From Eledone cirrhosa (lineage: Eukaryota), in assembly GCA_964016885.1 (NCBI GenBank), contig OZ024743.1, forward strand, positions 181,784,001 through 181,848,000: a stretch of DNA of 64,000 bases. The letters are read 5' to 3'. The translations under genes were made by a program, and so were the position numbers. Below are positions 29,924 through 44,137 of this stretch, in pieces (within the stretch, counting starts at the first letter, position 1; the number at the start of each line of letters is the position of its first letter). The notes under the pieces are model-generated. The model had not been told where the DNA came from, ran no database searches, and saw nothing but the letters and a program-made list of their open reading frames with translations.

Positions 29924-32593
29924 AGCTGCATTTATCTTGCTTTATGTTCATACGAGTTATCACCAAGTTACAACCAGTGACCTCAAGAGACAACAAGGCC
30001 CGCCATGTTCAAGAAAGAACATACATACTCACACATGCATCTTTAGTGTTTAGACTTGTGATGTACTTATATTGACAGAATCTTCCTTAGTATATGGGCA
30101 GTTCCCATTAGTACTATCTTTTGTATTTCTCCTATACGCGGGTTTCCTGGGATTTGCGACGATAAGTAATCATTAGACCCCTTGGATATCATTCCTAGAG
30201 CGCCTACAACCACTGGTATTGTTTTAGTTCTCAATTTCCACATTTTTCCAATTTCTATCTCCAGGTCCTTATACTTGCTCAATTTTTCAAATGTTTTTAT
30301 AGATACATTCTTGTCTATTGGAACAAACATATCAATTAGCAGGCATACCCTCTTTTTGAAGTCCTTCAATATTATATCAGGTCTATTTGCATCTAATTTT
30401 CGGTCTGTTTGGATGCTAAAGTTCCACAAGATTGAGACGTGATCTTTTTCAAGTATGGGAGGTGGTTGATGCTCCCACCAATTCTTTTGATGGGGCAGGT
30501 CAAAATGCTTACACATTATCCAATGTATGTATTGTGCAGCTCTGTCATGCCTGTTTAGGTATTCGGTTGGAGCTATAGGACTGCACATTGAAATTATATG
30601 GTCTCTGGTTGTTTTTTACATACACGGCATAATGGGCTGCATCCATTTTTTATTATGTTGGCTTGGTAATTATTTGTTGGCAGACACTGATCTTGTGCTG
30701 ATATAATCAGTCCTTCAGTCTCCAATTTCAGTCCAGAGAATGACAACCACTGATGGGTTAAAGTTTTGTCAACATCAGGATTGTTAGCTCGCTCTGGGTA
30801 TTTTCCATACAGAGGCTTTTCTTGCCATTTCTTAGCCAGTTTCTGTAGCAGTTCTTTCTTTGCAGTTACTTTTACCTGCTTTGCTTTTTCTGTGTTTTCC
30901 ATTTCAGCAGTAAATGGGACTTCTGAAATTTGTAGTCCATTACTGTATCTTTGTGCATCTTTTGTAATGGAGTATGATCTTTTGATGCTTTCGTGTTTCA
31001 AAACGAGTTTGATCATCCAATCATGTGATTCCCTTAGATATGTAGATAATCCAATTGTTGCAGTTTTCCACGCAATGTCTAACTGGATTAACCCACGTCC
31101 TCCTTCTTTCCTAGGGAGATATATTCTATCTGTATCTGCCTTAGGGTGATGCATTCTGTGCATGGTTAAGAATTTTCGAATTTTTGTATCGAGCCTACAG
31201 ATCTCTGTGCTTGACCAGTTGATGACATTGTAACTGTAGGTTACTATTGGTATGGCAAGCGTGTTTATGGCATCGATCCTATTCCTTGCATTCAATTCCG
31301 TTCTTAAGATTGCTCTTACTCTGCGGTAACATTCCTTCCTTATCCTTTCCCTCATTGTCGAGTGCTTGATTCCGTCTCCTACACAAACACCTAGATATTT
31401 GTAAGTTTCCTCTTGATCAAGTTATCTTATCACATTCCCTCGATCAAGATTAATGTCTGAACTTTTCAGCAGCTTTCCTCTGGTGAACGTTGCTTTGGCG
31501 CATTTATCTAGTCCAAACTCCATTTTAATGTCATCACTGAACTGCCCCACAGTGGATAATAGCCCTTGCAATTGTTCATCATTTTTTGCAAATAGTTTCA
31601 GGTCATCCATGTAGAACAAGTGATTTATGGTTTTGTCATAGACTTTATATCCATGTTTTGTTTCATTGAGCATTTTACTTAATGGTATAAGTGCGATGCA
31701 GAATAAAAGCGGTGATAAAGAGTCACCCTGAAAAATTTCACAATTAATATTAACTTCTCCAGCTTCCAGTGATTTTGTGTCACTATTCAAAAGGAGTGTC
31801 GTTGTCCATGTCTTCATACTGAATGACAAAAACCTCCTGACAACGGGAGATATTTTGAAAATCTCTAAACATTTTTCAATCCAACTGTGTGGCAAACTAT
31901 CGAATGCTTTTTTATAATCTATCCAAGCAATTGATAGATTTTTGTGTCTATTATGACAATCTTCCAGTATCATTTTGTTAACCAAAAGCTGATCCTTACA
32001 GCCATATGATCCTCGTTTACACCCTTTCTGCTCAATGGGAAATAGGTCATTTGTTATGAGGTGGTCATATGTATATTCAGTTAGGACTGATGTTAACATT
32101 TTATACATTGTGGTCAAGCAAGTTATCGGTCTGTAATTTTTGGGATTGTTTGTCTCATCATTCTTCGGAAGCAGGAATGTAATGCCGTTAACTAGCCATA
32201 ATGGTATCTTTTCTGGCTCCTTAACTATTTCATTGTAAAGTTGGGCTAACAGCTCATGAGACTCTGCGAAGGCATTTATCCAAAAATTTTGTATTTTTTC
32301 TTTTCCTGGGGATTTCCATTTGCTGTTTTTTCTAAGAGCCAAACGCAACTGTTCAACTGTTATATTTTCCCATATTTGTTCCTCATGGTGAGCTGTATCT
32401 TTCATTTGTCTGTCTATCCATGGGGCATGTATATTATGAACTTTTTCTTCGGTCCAGATCTTTTCCCAGAATTCTTGCACTTCCTCCTTGGGTGGTATTG
32501 ATTTAGCAGTTATTGTTGACTTACCAATTTTTCTGTAGAAGTTTCTTTGGTTGTTTTTGAACATATTATTGTCCTTATAGAATCTAGATCGTT
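29922..32593 (-). mobile_element. R4/Dong-clade LINE, 5'-truncated, nearly intact
   Basis: RT (WIDYKKAFDS, FQGDSLSP, YMDD), CCHC, and REL domain (RHD, RPD, LID, EK..KY.DL); in-frame stop at 31422 and a frameshift at ~30595; (TAA)n at both ends. Confidence 0.92.
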
Positions 32594-32614
32594 TTTATTA
32601 TTATTATTATTATT

Positions 32615-32800
32615 GGCGGTGGATTGGCAGTATCGGTAGAGGGTCGGACGCCATGCTTTGACGCATAGAGTTACGGCCCTTGCCATTCTGAGATCAAATC
32701 CCGCCGAGGTTAACTTTGCCTTTCATCCTTACGGGGTCGATAAAATAAAGTACCAGTAATGTACTGGGTAATTTCTGGCCTTGTGCCAATAGTAGAAACA

Positions 32801-32803
<3 letters not shown>
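32615..32803 (+). mobile_element. Full SINE-A between (ATT)n tracts
   Basis: Family A match. Confidence 0.9.
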
Positions 32804-32830
<27 letters not shown>

Positions 32831-32833
<3 letters not shown>

Positions 32834-34024
32834 TCGCTTCTTGTGGAAGGGACGCGCTCCGATGGTCAGGCGGTCCATCTGCTGTCAACACCCGCTACGT
32901 GGAGGGCTGGGCATGCCGTGGCTGATGATGCGCAGACACGCGCTCAGGCTACGACATCTCCACCTCTTCCTCGACGGTGATCAGGTGTGGTCGCCGTTTG
33001 CAAGACACGTTTTTCCCCAGCTCGTCTCCTTGACGGAGCTGCAGTCCTGGGTCAAGCGAAGACCGAGAGGGAGCGCTTGGAGACTGGAATGTCTTCAGGC
33101 ACTCACAGCCCTCGACCAATCGGGCAATGTGATCGGTGGAAACTCCACCTTGGCGTTCTATAGGGGATTAGTGGAGGGGAAGAGCGACGACGTACTTGGA
33201 GAAACTCTAGGCGTCGACGAAAATCAACTAGCCAATCTCTTCGGAAGGACTTTCGGGCCGGGGCCTATGGACAACTTCCAGAAATCCCTGGCCTGGCAGT
33301 GCTACCGAGGAGCTTTGCCAGTTCGGGATAAACTCTACAGGCATGGAGGTGCCGTCAGCCGGGCATGTCCGAGATGCGCGCAGGGCGACGAAACCGTCCT
33401 GCACGCACTCGTCCAGTGTCCGAGCATTGCTGACTTGTGGGTTTATGTCGAACACCTGCTGTCACGTGTAGGACGGATCCAGCTATCAGCTGAGTCCATC
33501 GTGAGGATTGCCCCGCCCCCTTCCTTTAGCCTGGAAGGGCAGGCAGTTTTTATCTGTCTGGTGGCCATGGCGAAAGAGATAGTATGGTGGACACGTTTGA
33601 AAGGGCTGAAGACGAGCACTTACCTCTTCGGTGATGCCCTGATTAACTTTTTCAAATTTCATTTGAAAAGGAAAATCAGGGTAGAGAGGGAAGTGCTCTC
33701 TTCCCAGCATTTTGTTGAAAGATGGGTGAGAGAAGCAAGTATGGCCCGAATGAATGGGCCTTCTCTGAGTATGTGTCTGTAAATTAAAGGTGGAAAACTG
33801 GGAGAGGGCACTTGCCCTGGTGGTCAGGGCCACTGTGGTCTTTTAATGGGCTTTCTCAACAAATGTCCCTTGGAAGTCTCCCCCCTATTGGGGAATTTTT
33901 CTTTGTTATTTTATTTCAACCTCTGTTTTTTTACACGCAGAAATGCCCATTTGTAACGTCCTGTATTGTCCTGTACTGTCCTTAATGTCTACTTTATGTG
34001 AACCCTTGTGGTTAATAAAGAAAA

Positions 34025-34026
<2 letters not shown>
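32831..34026 (+). mobile_element. Tx1-clade LINE copy B, 5'-truncated, ORF2 C-terminus still open
   Basis: ORF 32841-33782 is highly similar to copies A and C; (ATT)n on both sides. Confidence 0.92.
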
Positions 34027-34076
<50 letters not shown>

Positions 34077-37000
34077 GAGTCTGAACGGACGTCTTTTTGC
34101 TCGCTCCCGTAAGTTTATTTATTTACCTGTCAAAACTTATTTATTGAATTTTTTGTTGTTGTGTAAGGCATACAAGCCCAAGGACTTTGCCCTATGAAGG
34201 GGAAAAAATAATATTTGGGCCTTTGGGCCCAAATATTTGAACTCTTTTACATTTTAAAAAAATTATCGAAAAAAAAACAGAAAAAACATGGCTGAGCCAC
34301 GCCCCCCAGCGATATGTCTGCTGTCGTGCGACTACGACGTAGAAGTTGAGAGGAGCGCTACGGCGAAATTAACAGAAATTGATACAACAAACACCACCAC
34401 AAACAATGTAAACAAAGACACCAATGATAACAACATTGAGAACTCTAATTTTGAAAAAAAATGACAGTTACAGCGACAATGAAAATACAGATAACAAAAA
34501 AAATGACAAATGCAACAACAATATCAACACCACTAACATGAAAACAAATAACGACAACACCAACAGCAACAATACCAACTGCACCGAGAACAACGGCGGC
34601 ACCAAAGACAACAATGATAACAGCGACAGTGATAACAACAACAACACCAACAAGAACAACGACAACAACAACAACACCCCCAAAGACAACAAGAACACTT
34701 TCGCTGCGGCAGCAGCCAAAAAGAGGCCATGCTTCAACATGGACCTCTCAAACAAAGATGAAAAGTTGGCCCAGGCCTGGAAGCTCATCAAGCAAGAGCA
34801 AACCTGGGCCAACTTAACTGTCCCAGTAGAAGCTATTGAGGCAGTGGAGCGCAGAACGGTGCATAATAGATGCATCTCAGCACAAACCAAAAGGCAGCTT
34901 TAATCCCACAAGAAGATGTTGAAGTCGCGCTGAGGTGCATCAGAGATGACACCGAATACATAGCGAGGGGCAGACTGTACGGCACCATTTCGGTGCTGTT
35001 TAAGTCAGAAGCCCTCGCTATGAAACACGCCATGACTCCTTGCAAAACCAGCAAGTTCATAATATACCCCTCCCACATGGGAAAAAGAACGGCCCGTCTC
35101 TGCATTCCCAGAATCCCACCAGGACTTAACATGTGGTGGCTTCTGGGATGTGTAATTGTGGAGGGGACGGATACCGTCCCGATAGAAGTGACAAGAACGG
35201 CCAGAGAGGACTGGTCCGGGGTTGACCTGGAGATACTTCTCCAGATCAGACCGGAGAATGTGAAGACAATCCCGGACCACATCCGCCTTCAGAATGGGAC
35301 GGTCATTCATATTATGACCGAGGGCAAAAGGCCGCATTGTTTTGTTTGTGGGGAAAAAACCCATTTGCGAGCCTTCTGTCCTCAACTGCTGAAAGATGCA
35401 AGGGGTCGAAGGGCTCCACTGCTGCCGACGCCGGGGCGAGGACCACAACCAACACCAGCACCGGCAAAACTACCAGCAACAACACCAATAGAAAGACCAC
35501 CACCAACATTGACCACCCAGGGGTGAAACGAGGAAAGTTATCAAATTTCCTCCCCCCCCCCCCAAAAAAAAAATACACACCAATAAAAACATAAACACAC
35601 ACACAGACACACTTACAGACACAGACCCCTCATCTACCAGTAGTGAAGATGAGGGGAAACCAAAATCCTCCAAAATACAAAAAAGGAAATACAAAAGGAA
35701 AAAAAAACTCAACAAAGCACAAAATCACCCACAATAAAAAATGCAGACACCATCCACGCAAACATTTCCCCAATAACACCAACATCAACACCACCATCAC
35801 CATCACCAGAATCCCCCCAAACGCAAACAACCTAAACAGACGCAAGAACAAATACACACACAAACATCTGAAACCACAGACACCGCACTCACAACAAACA
35901 CAGACACAACCGAAACAACACCACCAAAACCATCACCACCACAACCACGCAAACAAATAAAATCACACCAACAAAACATACAAAACTTCGTGCTCGTCAG
36001 GAGGGCCAACAAGGAACTGATGGCCCTCGTAGCATGAAGTGAAGATATACAAAAAGAGGGGGACATTTTTAAATCGAGCACATTTCGCGTGCCAGAAGAT
36101 TTGTTTCTGGTGCGAATGTCGCTCGATTTATACAAAGAGATACGAGACAGCTTTCCTCGGAACGTGGGAACCCCGAACGTAAAACCCACTTCAAGACTTT
36201 TAAAGGGGTTCCCAAAAGAAACCCCACCAACTATGGAGGTCGACCCACCCGACGTTCACAAGAGCCCGGAAGGTAAGTAAACCTTTCCTCTCTCTCTTTT
36301 AACCTGCCAACATGTCCGTATTAAGAGTAGGAAGTTTAAATGTTCGAGGCCTGGGATCGTCCTGGAATCAGGGTCACCTGCTCAACGACCTCAGGTCTCT
36401 AGAAATGGATGTAATTGCCGTCAGTGAGACCAGGATTTCCGACACGCGCTCACTAGCCCCCATTTTGACGACTATCAGATCTTTGCATCTGTTAGTCGGC
36501 CGGGAATGGGAGGCGGAGTTGCAGTGCTGTTTAGGAAAGGCCTGGATCTCGAGGTAAGGTCGATCTTCCGGGACCCGGACGGGAAGTTGGTGGTCCTGGA
36601 CGTGAACAATAACGAAGGTGGTGCCTTTAGACTGGTGGCCGTCTACTGGGGCAGGACGGCCGGACTTCTTTAGCGGGGGACTGGAATGGCATCTTAGACG
36701 CACGCTGGGACTGTGTGGGAGTATCCGATAGGAGCGGGGGGTGCAAAAGCCTCAAGAACCTGATCAGTCAGTTCCAACTGTCTCACAGGTACTGACTAGA
36801 TTTGCCTAATGCGCCAGTGTGGACCTGGACTAACCGCATAGGGTCATCTAGATCGTATATAGACAGGATATTCATTAGGAAAATAGACAGAAATAGTGTA
36901 AGCTGTCCACGTTTTAAAACGGTCGCCTATTCAGATCACAAGTTTGTGATCTATATGGTCGACCTAGATAAGACGCGTAGGTTAGGACCTGGTTACTGGA

Positions 37001-39893
37001 AGCTGGACATGTCATTTCCGGCACGTAAGGCTTACAGGGACCAGGTCAACAATTTAGTTAAGAAAAGGTTGACAGGGGGAGTCTTCAACAATATATGGTG
37101 GGGGCCTCTCAAAAGAGAGATTAGAGTAATGTCGATAGAGTTTAGCAAAGAAGTAGCGTTAGAGAAAAATAGAAAGGAGGGAGAGTTGGTAGATAAGTTA
37201 GACGAGGCTATTTGTAGTGGCATTGCAACTAACGAGCTAGCGGCGAGAATGGCATTAGACCATTTCTTCAATGCGAAAAACGAAGGTTGCATTGTCAGAG
37301 CTAAGGCGCGTGCTCTGAGAAAGGAGGGAACCAAAGCTGTTCGATGGGCCCGCGTGGAAGAGGCGCAGCGTGGTAATAAAACCTCGATTCGGTCTTTGAC
37401 GGACCGAGATGGACACTGAGCAATTCCAAGCAGATGTGTGAGGCCTTTCGCCAACATTTTGCTCGGTTATTCGGGAGAAGTGGTGGGTCAGAGACGGTGG
37501 CGGACTTCAGTCCCTACCTCGATGGCTTGCCGCAAATCTCGACAGCCGACGCTGGGCGCTGCGAAAGGCTGATTACTTCAGCCGAGATTCAGGATGCCCT
37601 TGTCGGCTGCATGAGGCGCAAGTCACCCGGTTTGGATGGTCTGCCCTACGAACTTTACGTAATATGCCAGACTTGTTCTCCAATCTCTTCGAAGCGCTCT
37701 ACTGCAACTGGCAGCAGAACGGGAGTATTCCCAGTTTTAGTGACGCTGATAAGGAAAGACGAGAACAAGAGGGACACATTAGACAATTTCAGGCCCATAA
37801 CTCTGCTCAACACAGAGTTTAAGATTTTGGCCAGGGTGTTAGCAAAGAGGTTGGCGCTTGTCGTCAGGGATTTGGTTGGGAAGGCGAAAACTTGCGCAAT
37901 CCCAACCAGGTCCATACACGACAACCTCCACCTGATGCGATACATCATAGAGAGGGTATGGTGTAAACCTGGCTTCGGTGGGGCTTTGATCAATTTAGAT
38001 CAATCGAAAGCATTCGATAGGGTCGACCATAAGTACCTGGAGGCTGTCCTCAAGGCGGCTGGCTTCGGCCCCGTCTTCAGAAGCTGGATCGCTGCAATTC
38101 ACAGCGGCACCTACTCGGTGGTCAAAATTAATGTTCACCTCTCGGAACCGTTTCAGGTCTCCCGATCGGTCCGTCAAGGATGCCCTCTCTCCTCCCTTCT
38201 GTACGTATTGACTCTCGAGCCTTTACTGCGGAAGCTGGAGCTGTTGCAGGGCATCCCGCTCGAACCGGGAAGCGGAAAGGCTGTGTCAGCTTATGCGGAC
38301 GATATCACCGTGATGGTGTCGGACACCTCTGAAATCGAGGTGGTCGGCAACCTATTGGAGGAATATGAAAGGTTGACGGGAGCAAAACTTAACCTGGAAA
38401 AGTCGGTGGGCTTGCATCTCGTCCAACAGCGTCGTTAGGCGCTGGACGGACGGACCGGTAAAGTTGCTCGGGTTTTGGTTCGGGCAATACCTCCAGGTGG
38501 ATAAGAATTGGGACGAGGTGACGGGCAGGGTAGCCAGTCTCACCCAGAAATGGGCTGCGAGAAAGCTATCACTGAAAGGTCGGGCGGAGGTGGCGAACGC
38601 GTACATCGCGTCCGTCATCTAATACCGTATGACTGTCGTCCCTTGCCCCCGTTCGCGCCTCACCATCTTGGAGCGGCTCCTCTTCAAATTCTTGTGGAGG
38701 GGTCAGGTTCCGTTGGTGAGGCGGTCCATCTGCTGCCAGCACCATCTACAGGGAGGGCTGGGCATGCCGTGGCTAATGATGCGCAGACACGCGCTTAGGC
38801 TGCGGCATCTCCAGATATTCTGCCTAAACGGTGAACCGGTGTGGTCGCCGTTTGTCAGACGGGCCTTTCCGCAGCTCGTCTCTTTGACTGAGCTGCAGTC
38901 CTGGGTCAAGAAGAGACCGAGACTGGGTGACTGGCATATGGAATGTTGCCAGGCACTCACTGCCCTCTACCAGGCGGGCAATGCGGTCAGTGGAAGTTCC
39001 ACTCTCGAGTTCTATAGAGGATTAGTGGTGGGCAAGTGCGACGACGCACTCGGAGAGGCTATGGGAGTCGACGAAGTCGAACTAACCAGTCTGTTCCGGA
39101 GGACTTTCGAGCTGGGGACGATGGATAATTTCCAAAAATCCCTCGCTTGGCAGTGCTACCGAGGGCACTGCCGTTTCGAGATAAACTCTACAGGCACGGA
39201 AGTGCTGTCAGACGGACCTGTCCGAGATGCGCGCAGAGCGACGAAACCGTTCTGCACGCACTCGTCCAGTATCCGTGCATTACTGACTTGTGGAGTTATG
39301 TCGAACAGCTGTTGTCGCGTGTAGAACGGATCCGGCTATCGGCCGAGTCCATAGTGAAGATCGACCCGCCGCCTTCTTTTGGCCAGGAAGGGCAGGAAAT
39401 TTTCCTGTCTGGTGGCAGTAGCGAAAGAAGTTGCATGGTGGACGAGGTTGAAAGGACTGAAGACAGACACTTTTCTCTTCGGCCAATCCCTCATCAACTT
39501 TTTCAAGTTTCACTTGGAAAGGAAGGTGAGGGTGGAGAGAGAAGTGCTGCCCCCCAGTACATTTGCTGAAAGGTGGGTGAATGTGGCGAGAATGGCCCGT
39601 GTGAGTGGGCCTACTCTGGTCATGCGGCTGTAGATAGGTAAATTTGAGGAGGAGAGGGGTGCCCTTCCAGGGTGCTCTCTAAGCGTCGGGTCGTTCAGGA
39701 TTGGTGGGGTACCTGAGCGAACCCTGGGTGGTCATCCCCCCCCCCTATTGGGGACTTTTTTCTTGTTGTAATTTTATTGTTACTTTGTTATTGTTATTCA
39801 TATTGTTTACTCGATTTTTCTGTAAAACCTTACTGTCCCAGTCTTTTGTATTGTCCCCTATATGTCGGCCCTTGTGGCCAATAAATGAAAACA
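34077..39893 (+). mobile_element. Tx1-clade LINE copy C, apparently full length
   Basis: Starts GAGTCTGAACGGACGTC after (ATT)n; ORF1 34288-36280 (Asn/Thr-rich, TFAAAAAK, CFVCGEKTHLRAFC); ORF2 36312-39633 (APE, RT with YADD, CCHC) with frameshifts; AATAAA then (ATT)n. Confidence 0.93.
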
Positions 39894-40068
39894 TTATTAT
39901 TATTATTATTATTTATGTTAAACCAAGAACTTCAAAAAATGTAACTGAACTTTGGGATCGCCCTGTATATATATATATATATATGTATTTATACTCGATC
40001 TCATGTAAAAGTCGACACTAGTATGCTTAATTGTCTTATTTGTTTTTTCTTATTTTTGAATAATTGGC

Positions 40069-40111
40069 ATTAATAATATGGGTTTAATTACAAAATTATA
40101 TAATAGTGAGG

Positions 40112-40155
<44 letters not shown>

Positions 40156-40289
40156 TATATATATATTATATATATATTATATATATATTATATATATACA
40201 TATATATATATATAATATATATATGTGTGTGTGCGTGTGTGTGTGACCTCACTATTACATAATTCTGTAATTAAACCCATATTATTAAT
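40069..40289. repeat. Inverted repeat (~48-bp arms) around a (CA)/(TA)/(TG) spacer
   Basis: ATTAATAATATGGGTTTAATTAC..TAATAGTGAGGTCAC and its reverse complement. Confidence 0.85.
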
Positions 40290-40540
40290 CAATTATTCCA
40301 TGCGTTTGTCATTGGTTTAATTAGACTCTACCAATAATAGGATTCTCAATTCTTTGTTTTCATGTTATATTTTTGTTCACTTTTCCATGTGAGATTCAAA
40401 TACAGATGTAAGACTAATTATTTTAGAATGGAATGTTGTTAGAAGAATTATTCTCTGATTGTTCATTAGGATTACTCGAGAAATTTGCATTGTACTAATT
40501 TTTACCAAACAGGAATTATAAATACTGTATATACATGTAC

Positions 40541-40717
40541 GGTATGGTATAGTATGGTATGGTATGGTATGGTATGGTATGGTATGGTATGGTGTGGTAT
40601 GGTATGGTGTAGTATGATGTGGTGTGGCGTGGTGTGGTATGGTTTAGTATGGTGTGGTATGGTATGGTGTGGTATGGTGTGGTGTGATGCGGTATGGGGT
40701 GTGGTGTGGTATGGTGT

Positions 40718-40720
<3 letters not shown>
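40541..40720. repeat. (GGTAT/GGTGT)n pentamer repeat
   Basis: Direct reading. Confidence 0.95.
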
Positions 40721-40810
<90 letters not shown>

Positions 40811-40816
<6 letters not shown>

Positions 40817-41587
40817 CATAAGATGTACTGGGGGACAATGAAAAGATAAGAATATAGTGTACATAGGTGAAACAGCTCGTAGTATAGGAGAACGATTAAA
40901 TGAACACTGGCGAGAGCTTCAAGATAGAAAAGAATCATCTGTACTCCACCAACATGCTAAAATAGAACACAAGGGCAAATTAGAGAACATAGAAATAAAA
41001 ATAAAATCTACACACAGAAAAGACGCAATGCTTAGACAAATCACAGAGGCAATAAACATAAATGAACTCCAAACAAAATTAAATAGAAAACATGAATGGA
41101 ATAGCAATATCACAACTTACAATTAAGGACAAAATGAAAACACACACACATAGAACAAACAACCAACCAGTAACATGTAAATAAACGAACAAATAAACAA
41201 ATAAATAAACGAATAAAAACACACACAGACACCCGCATGTAACACATGCGCAAACTAAGCACAGAATACAAAAAAACAAGATGGCGTAGGACAGAACAAA
41301 GGAGAGGCACAAAAACAAAGAAAAGAATCCCCAGTCACTGAAGAGGTCACAGAATGTGTGACGAAAGAACTTTGACAATATATGAACAACCGTCCGGTTG
41401 TGGAACCAACCAACCAACCGGAAATTTACAAATTTCTTAAATTTATAAATTTAATTTATAATAAATTGGAGTGAAAGCAACTGGTGCGTGTGTTTCTTAT
41501 TGGCAACATGACCCTCCCAAAGTATAACAATATCGGTTTCAACACACGATTTCAGATAAAGAATCTTGCTGAACAAATTCAGAAACG

Positions 41588-41590
<3 letters not shown>
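40811..41590 (+). mobile_element. PLE-2 short copy (GIY-YIG plus 3' region)
   Basis: [38 protein letters not shown]; homologous to 45150-45846; sits in (TA)n. Confidence 0.88.
41334..41376 (+). ncRNA. Minimal type-I hammerhead of PLE-2
   Basis: GTCA CTGAAGA G GTCACA-GAATG-TGTGAC GAAA GAAC T T TGAC. Confidence 0.75.
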
Positions 41591-41681
<91 letters not shown>

Positions 41682-41730
41682 GATTAAGATGAAGAGTGGA
41701 GAGCTCTGATGAAAAACAAACACACAGCAA

Positions 41731-41772
<42 letters not shown>

Positions 41773-41809
41773 TGAAGAAGTGGGTCACATTCCCATTTTT
41801 ATGTGTAGG

Positions 41810-42362
41810 TGTGTGTGTTTCAGCGTGTATGTCTGTGTGTGTGTGTGTGTGTGTATGTTTCAGCATCTGTGAGTGTTTCAGTGTATGTGTGTGTATGTGT
41901 GTGTTTCAGCGTCTGTGAGTGTTTTAGTGTATGTGTATGTGCTTCAGTGTGTGTGTGTGTTTCAGTGTGTGTGTGTGTGTTTCAATGTGTGTGCGTGTGT
42001 GTGTGTATTTCTGAGTATGTGTGTGTATGTGTGTTTTTCAGCGTCTGCGAGTGTTTTAGTGTATGTGTGTATGTGCTTCAGTCTATGTGTGTGTGTTTCA
42101 GTGTGTGTGTGCGTGTCTGTGTGTTTCTGTGTCTGTGTGTGTGTGTGTGTGTTTCAGTGTCTGTATGTGTGTGTTTCTGTGTGTGTGTGTGTGTGTGTTT
42201 CAGTGTCTGTATGTGTGTGTTTCTCTGTGTGTGTGTGTGTGTTTCAGTGTCTGTATGTGTGTGTTTCTGTGTCTGTGTGTGTGTGTTTCAGTGTCTGTAT
42301 GTGTGTGTTTCTGTGTGTCTGTGTGTGTGTGTTTCAGTGTCTGTGTGTGTGTGTTTCAGTGT

Positions 42363-42394
<32 letters not shown>

Positions 42395-42395
42395 A
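41810..42395. repeat. (GT)n with recurring TTTCAGTGT
   Basis: Direct reading. Confidence 0.9.
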
Positions 42396-42551
42396 TTTGG
42401 TTTGAATTTGTTGTCAATTGCGTCTCTTAAACTCAATATGTTTACAATCTGTGAGGAAATACGCATCTCTGATGTTTACAGACTTTCCTCATCCGTTCTA
42501 TTATTGTTATTGTTTATTTACGAACAAAGTTTATTAATCAATGTAAACTAC

Positions 42552-44137
42552 AAGTATATATTGAGCAGTGTCTAGTATATATTGAGCAGTGTCTAGTATA
42601 TATTGAGCAGTGTCTAGTATATATTGAGCAGTATCTAGTATATATTGAACAGTATCTAGTATATATTGAGCAGTGTAAAGTATATATTGAGCAATGTCTA
42701 GTATATATTGAGCCGTATCTAGTATATATTGAGCAGTATAGAGTTCATATTGAGCAGTATATAGTATATATTGAGCAGTATCTAGTATATATTGAACCGT
42801 ATCTAGTATATTTTGAGCAGTATCTAGTATATATTGAGCCGTATCTATTATATATTGAGCAGTATAAAGTACATATTAAGCAGTATAAAGTATATATTGA
42901 GCAGTATCTAGTATATATTGAGCCGTATCTAGTATATATTGAGCAGTATAAAGTACATATTGAGCAGTATAAAGTATATATTGAACAGTATCTAGTATTT
43001 ATTGAGCAGTATCTAGTATATATTGAGTCGTATCTAGTATATATTGAGCCGTATCTAGTATATATTGAGCAGTATAAAGTATATATTGAACCGTATCTAG
43101 TATATATTGAGCAGTATCTAGCATATATTGAGCAGAATAAAATATATATTGAGCAGTATATAGTATATATTGAGCAGTATAAAGTATATATTGAGTAAAT
43201 ATATATTGAGCGGTATCTAGTATATATTGAGCAGTATCTAGTATATATTGAGCCGTATCTAGTACATATTGAACAGTATAAAGTATATATTGAGGGGTAC
43301 CTAGTATATATTGAGCAGTATCAAGTATATATTGAGCCCTATCTAGTATATATTGAGCAGTATCTAGTATATATTGAGCCGTATCTAGTATATATTGAAC
43401 AGCATAAAGTATATATTGAGCAGTATAAAGTATATATTGAGTGGTATAAAGTATATATTGAGCATTATCTAGTATATATTGGGAAGTATAAAGTATATAT
43501 TGAGCAGTATAAAGTATATATTGAGCACTATAAAGTATATATTGAGCTGTATCTATTATATATTGAGCAGTGTAAAGTATATATTGAGCCGTATCTAGTA
43601 TATATTGAGCAGTATCTAGTATATATTGAGCAGTATCAAGTATATATTGAGCAGTATAAAGTATATATTGAGCCGTATCTAGTACATATTGAGCAGTATA
43701 AAGTATATATTGAGCAGTATTTAGTATATATTGATTAGTATCTAGTATATATTGAGCCGTATCTAGTATATATTGAGCAGTATAAAGTATATATTGAACC
43801 GTATCTAGTATATATTGAGAAGTGTCTAGTATATATTGAGCAGTATAAAGTATATATTGAGCAGTATAAAGTATATATTGAGCCGTATCTAGTATATATT
43901 GAGCCGTATAAAGTATATATTGAGCAGTATAAAGTATATATTGACCAGTATAATATATATATTGAGTAGTATCAAGTATATATTGAGCAGTATCTAGTAT
44001 ATATTGAGCAGTATACAGTATGTATTGAGCAGTATAAAGTATATATTGAACAGTATAAAGTATATATTGAGCAGTATCTAGTATATATTGAACAGTATCT
44101 AATATATATTGAGCCGTATAAAGTATATATTGAGCAG
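42552..44137. repeat. 21-bp minisatellite (GAGCAGTATCTAGTATATATT), ~75 copies
   Basis: Direct reading; explains the spurious TAQYILD ORF. Confidence 0.97.
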
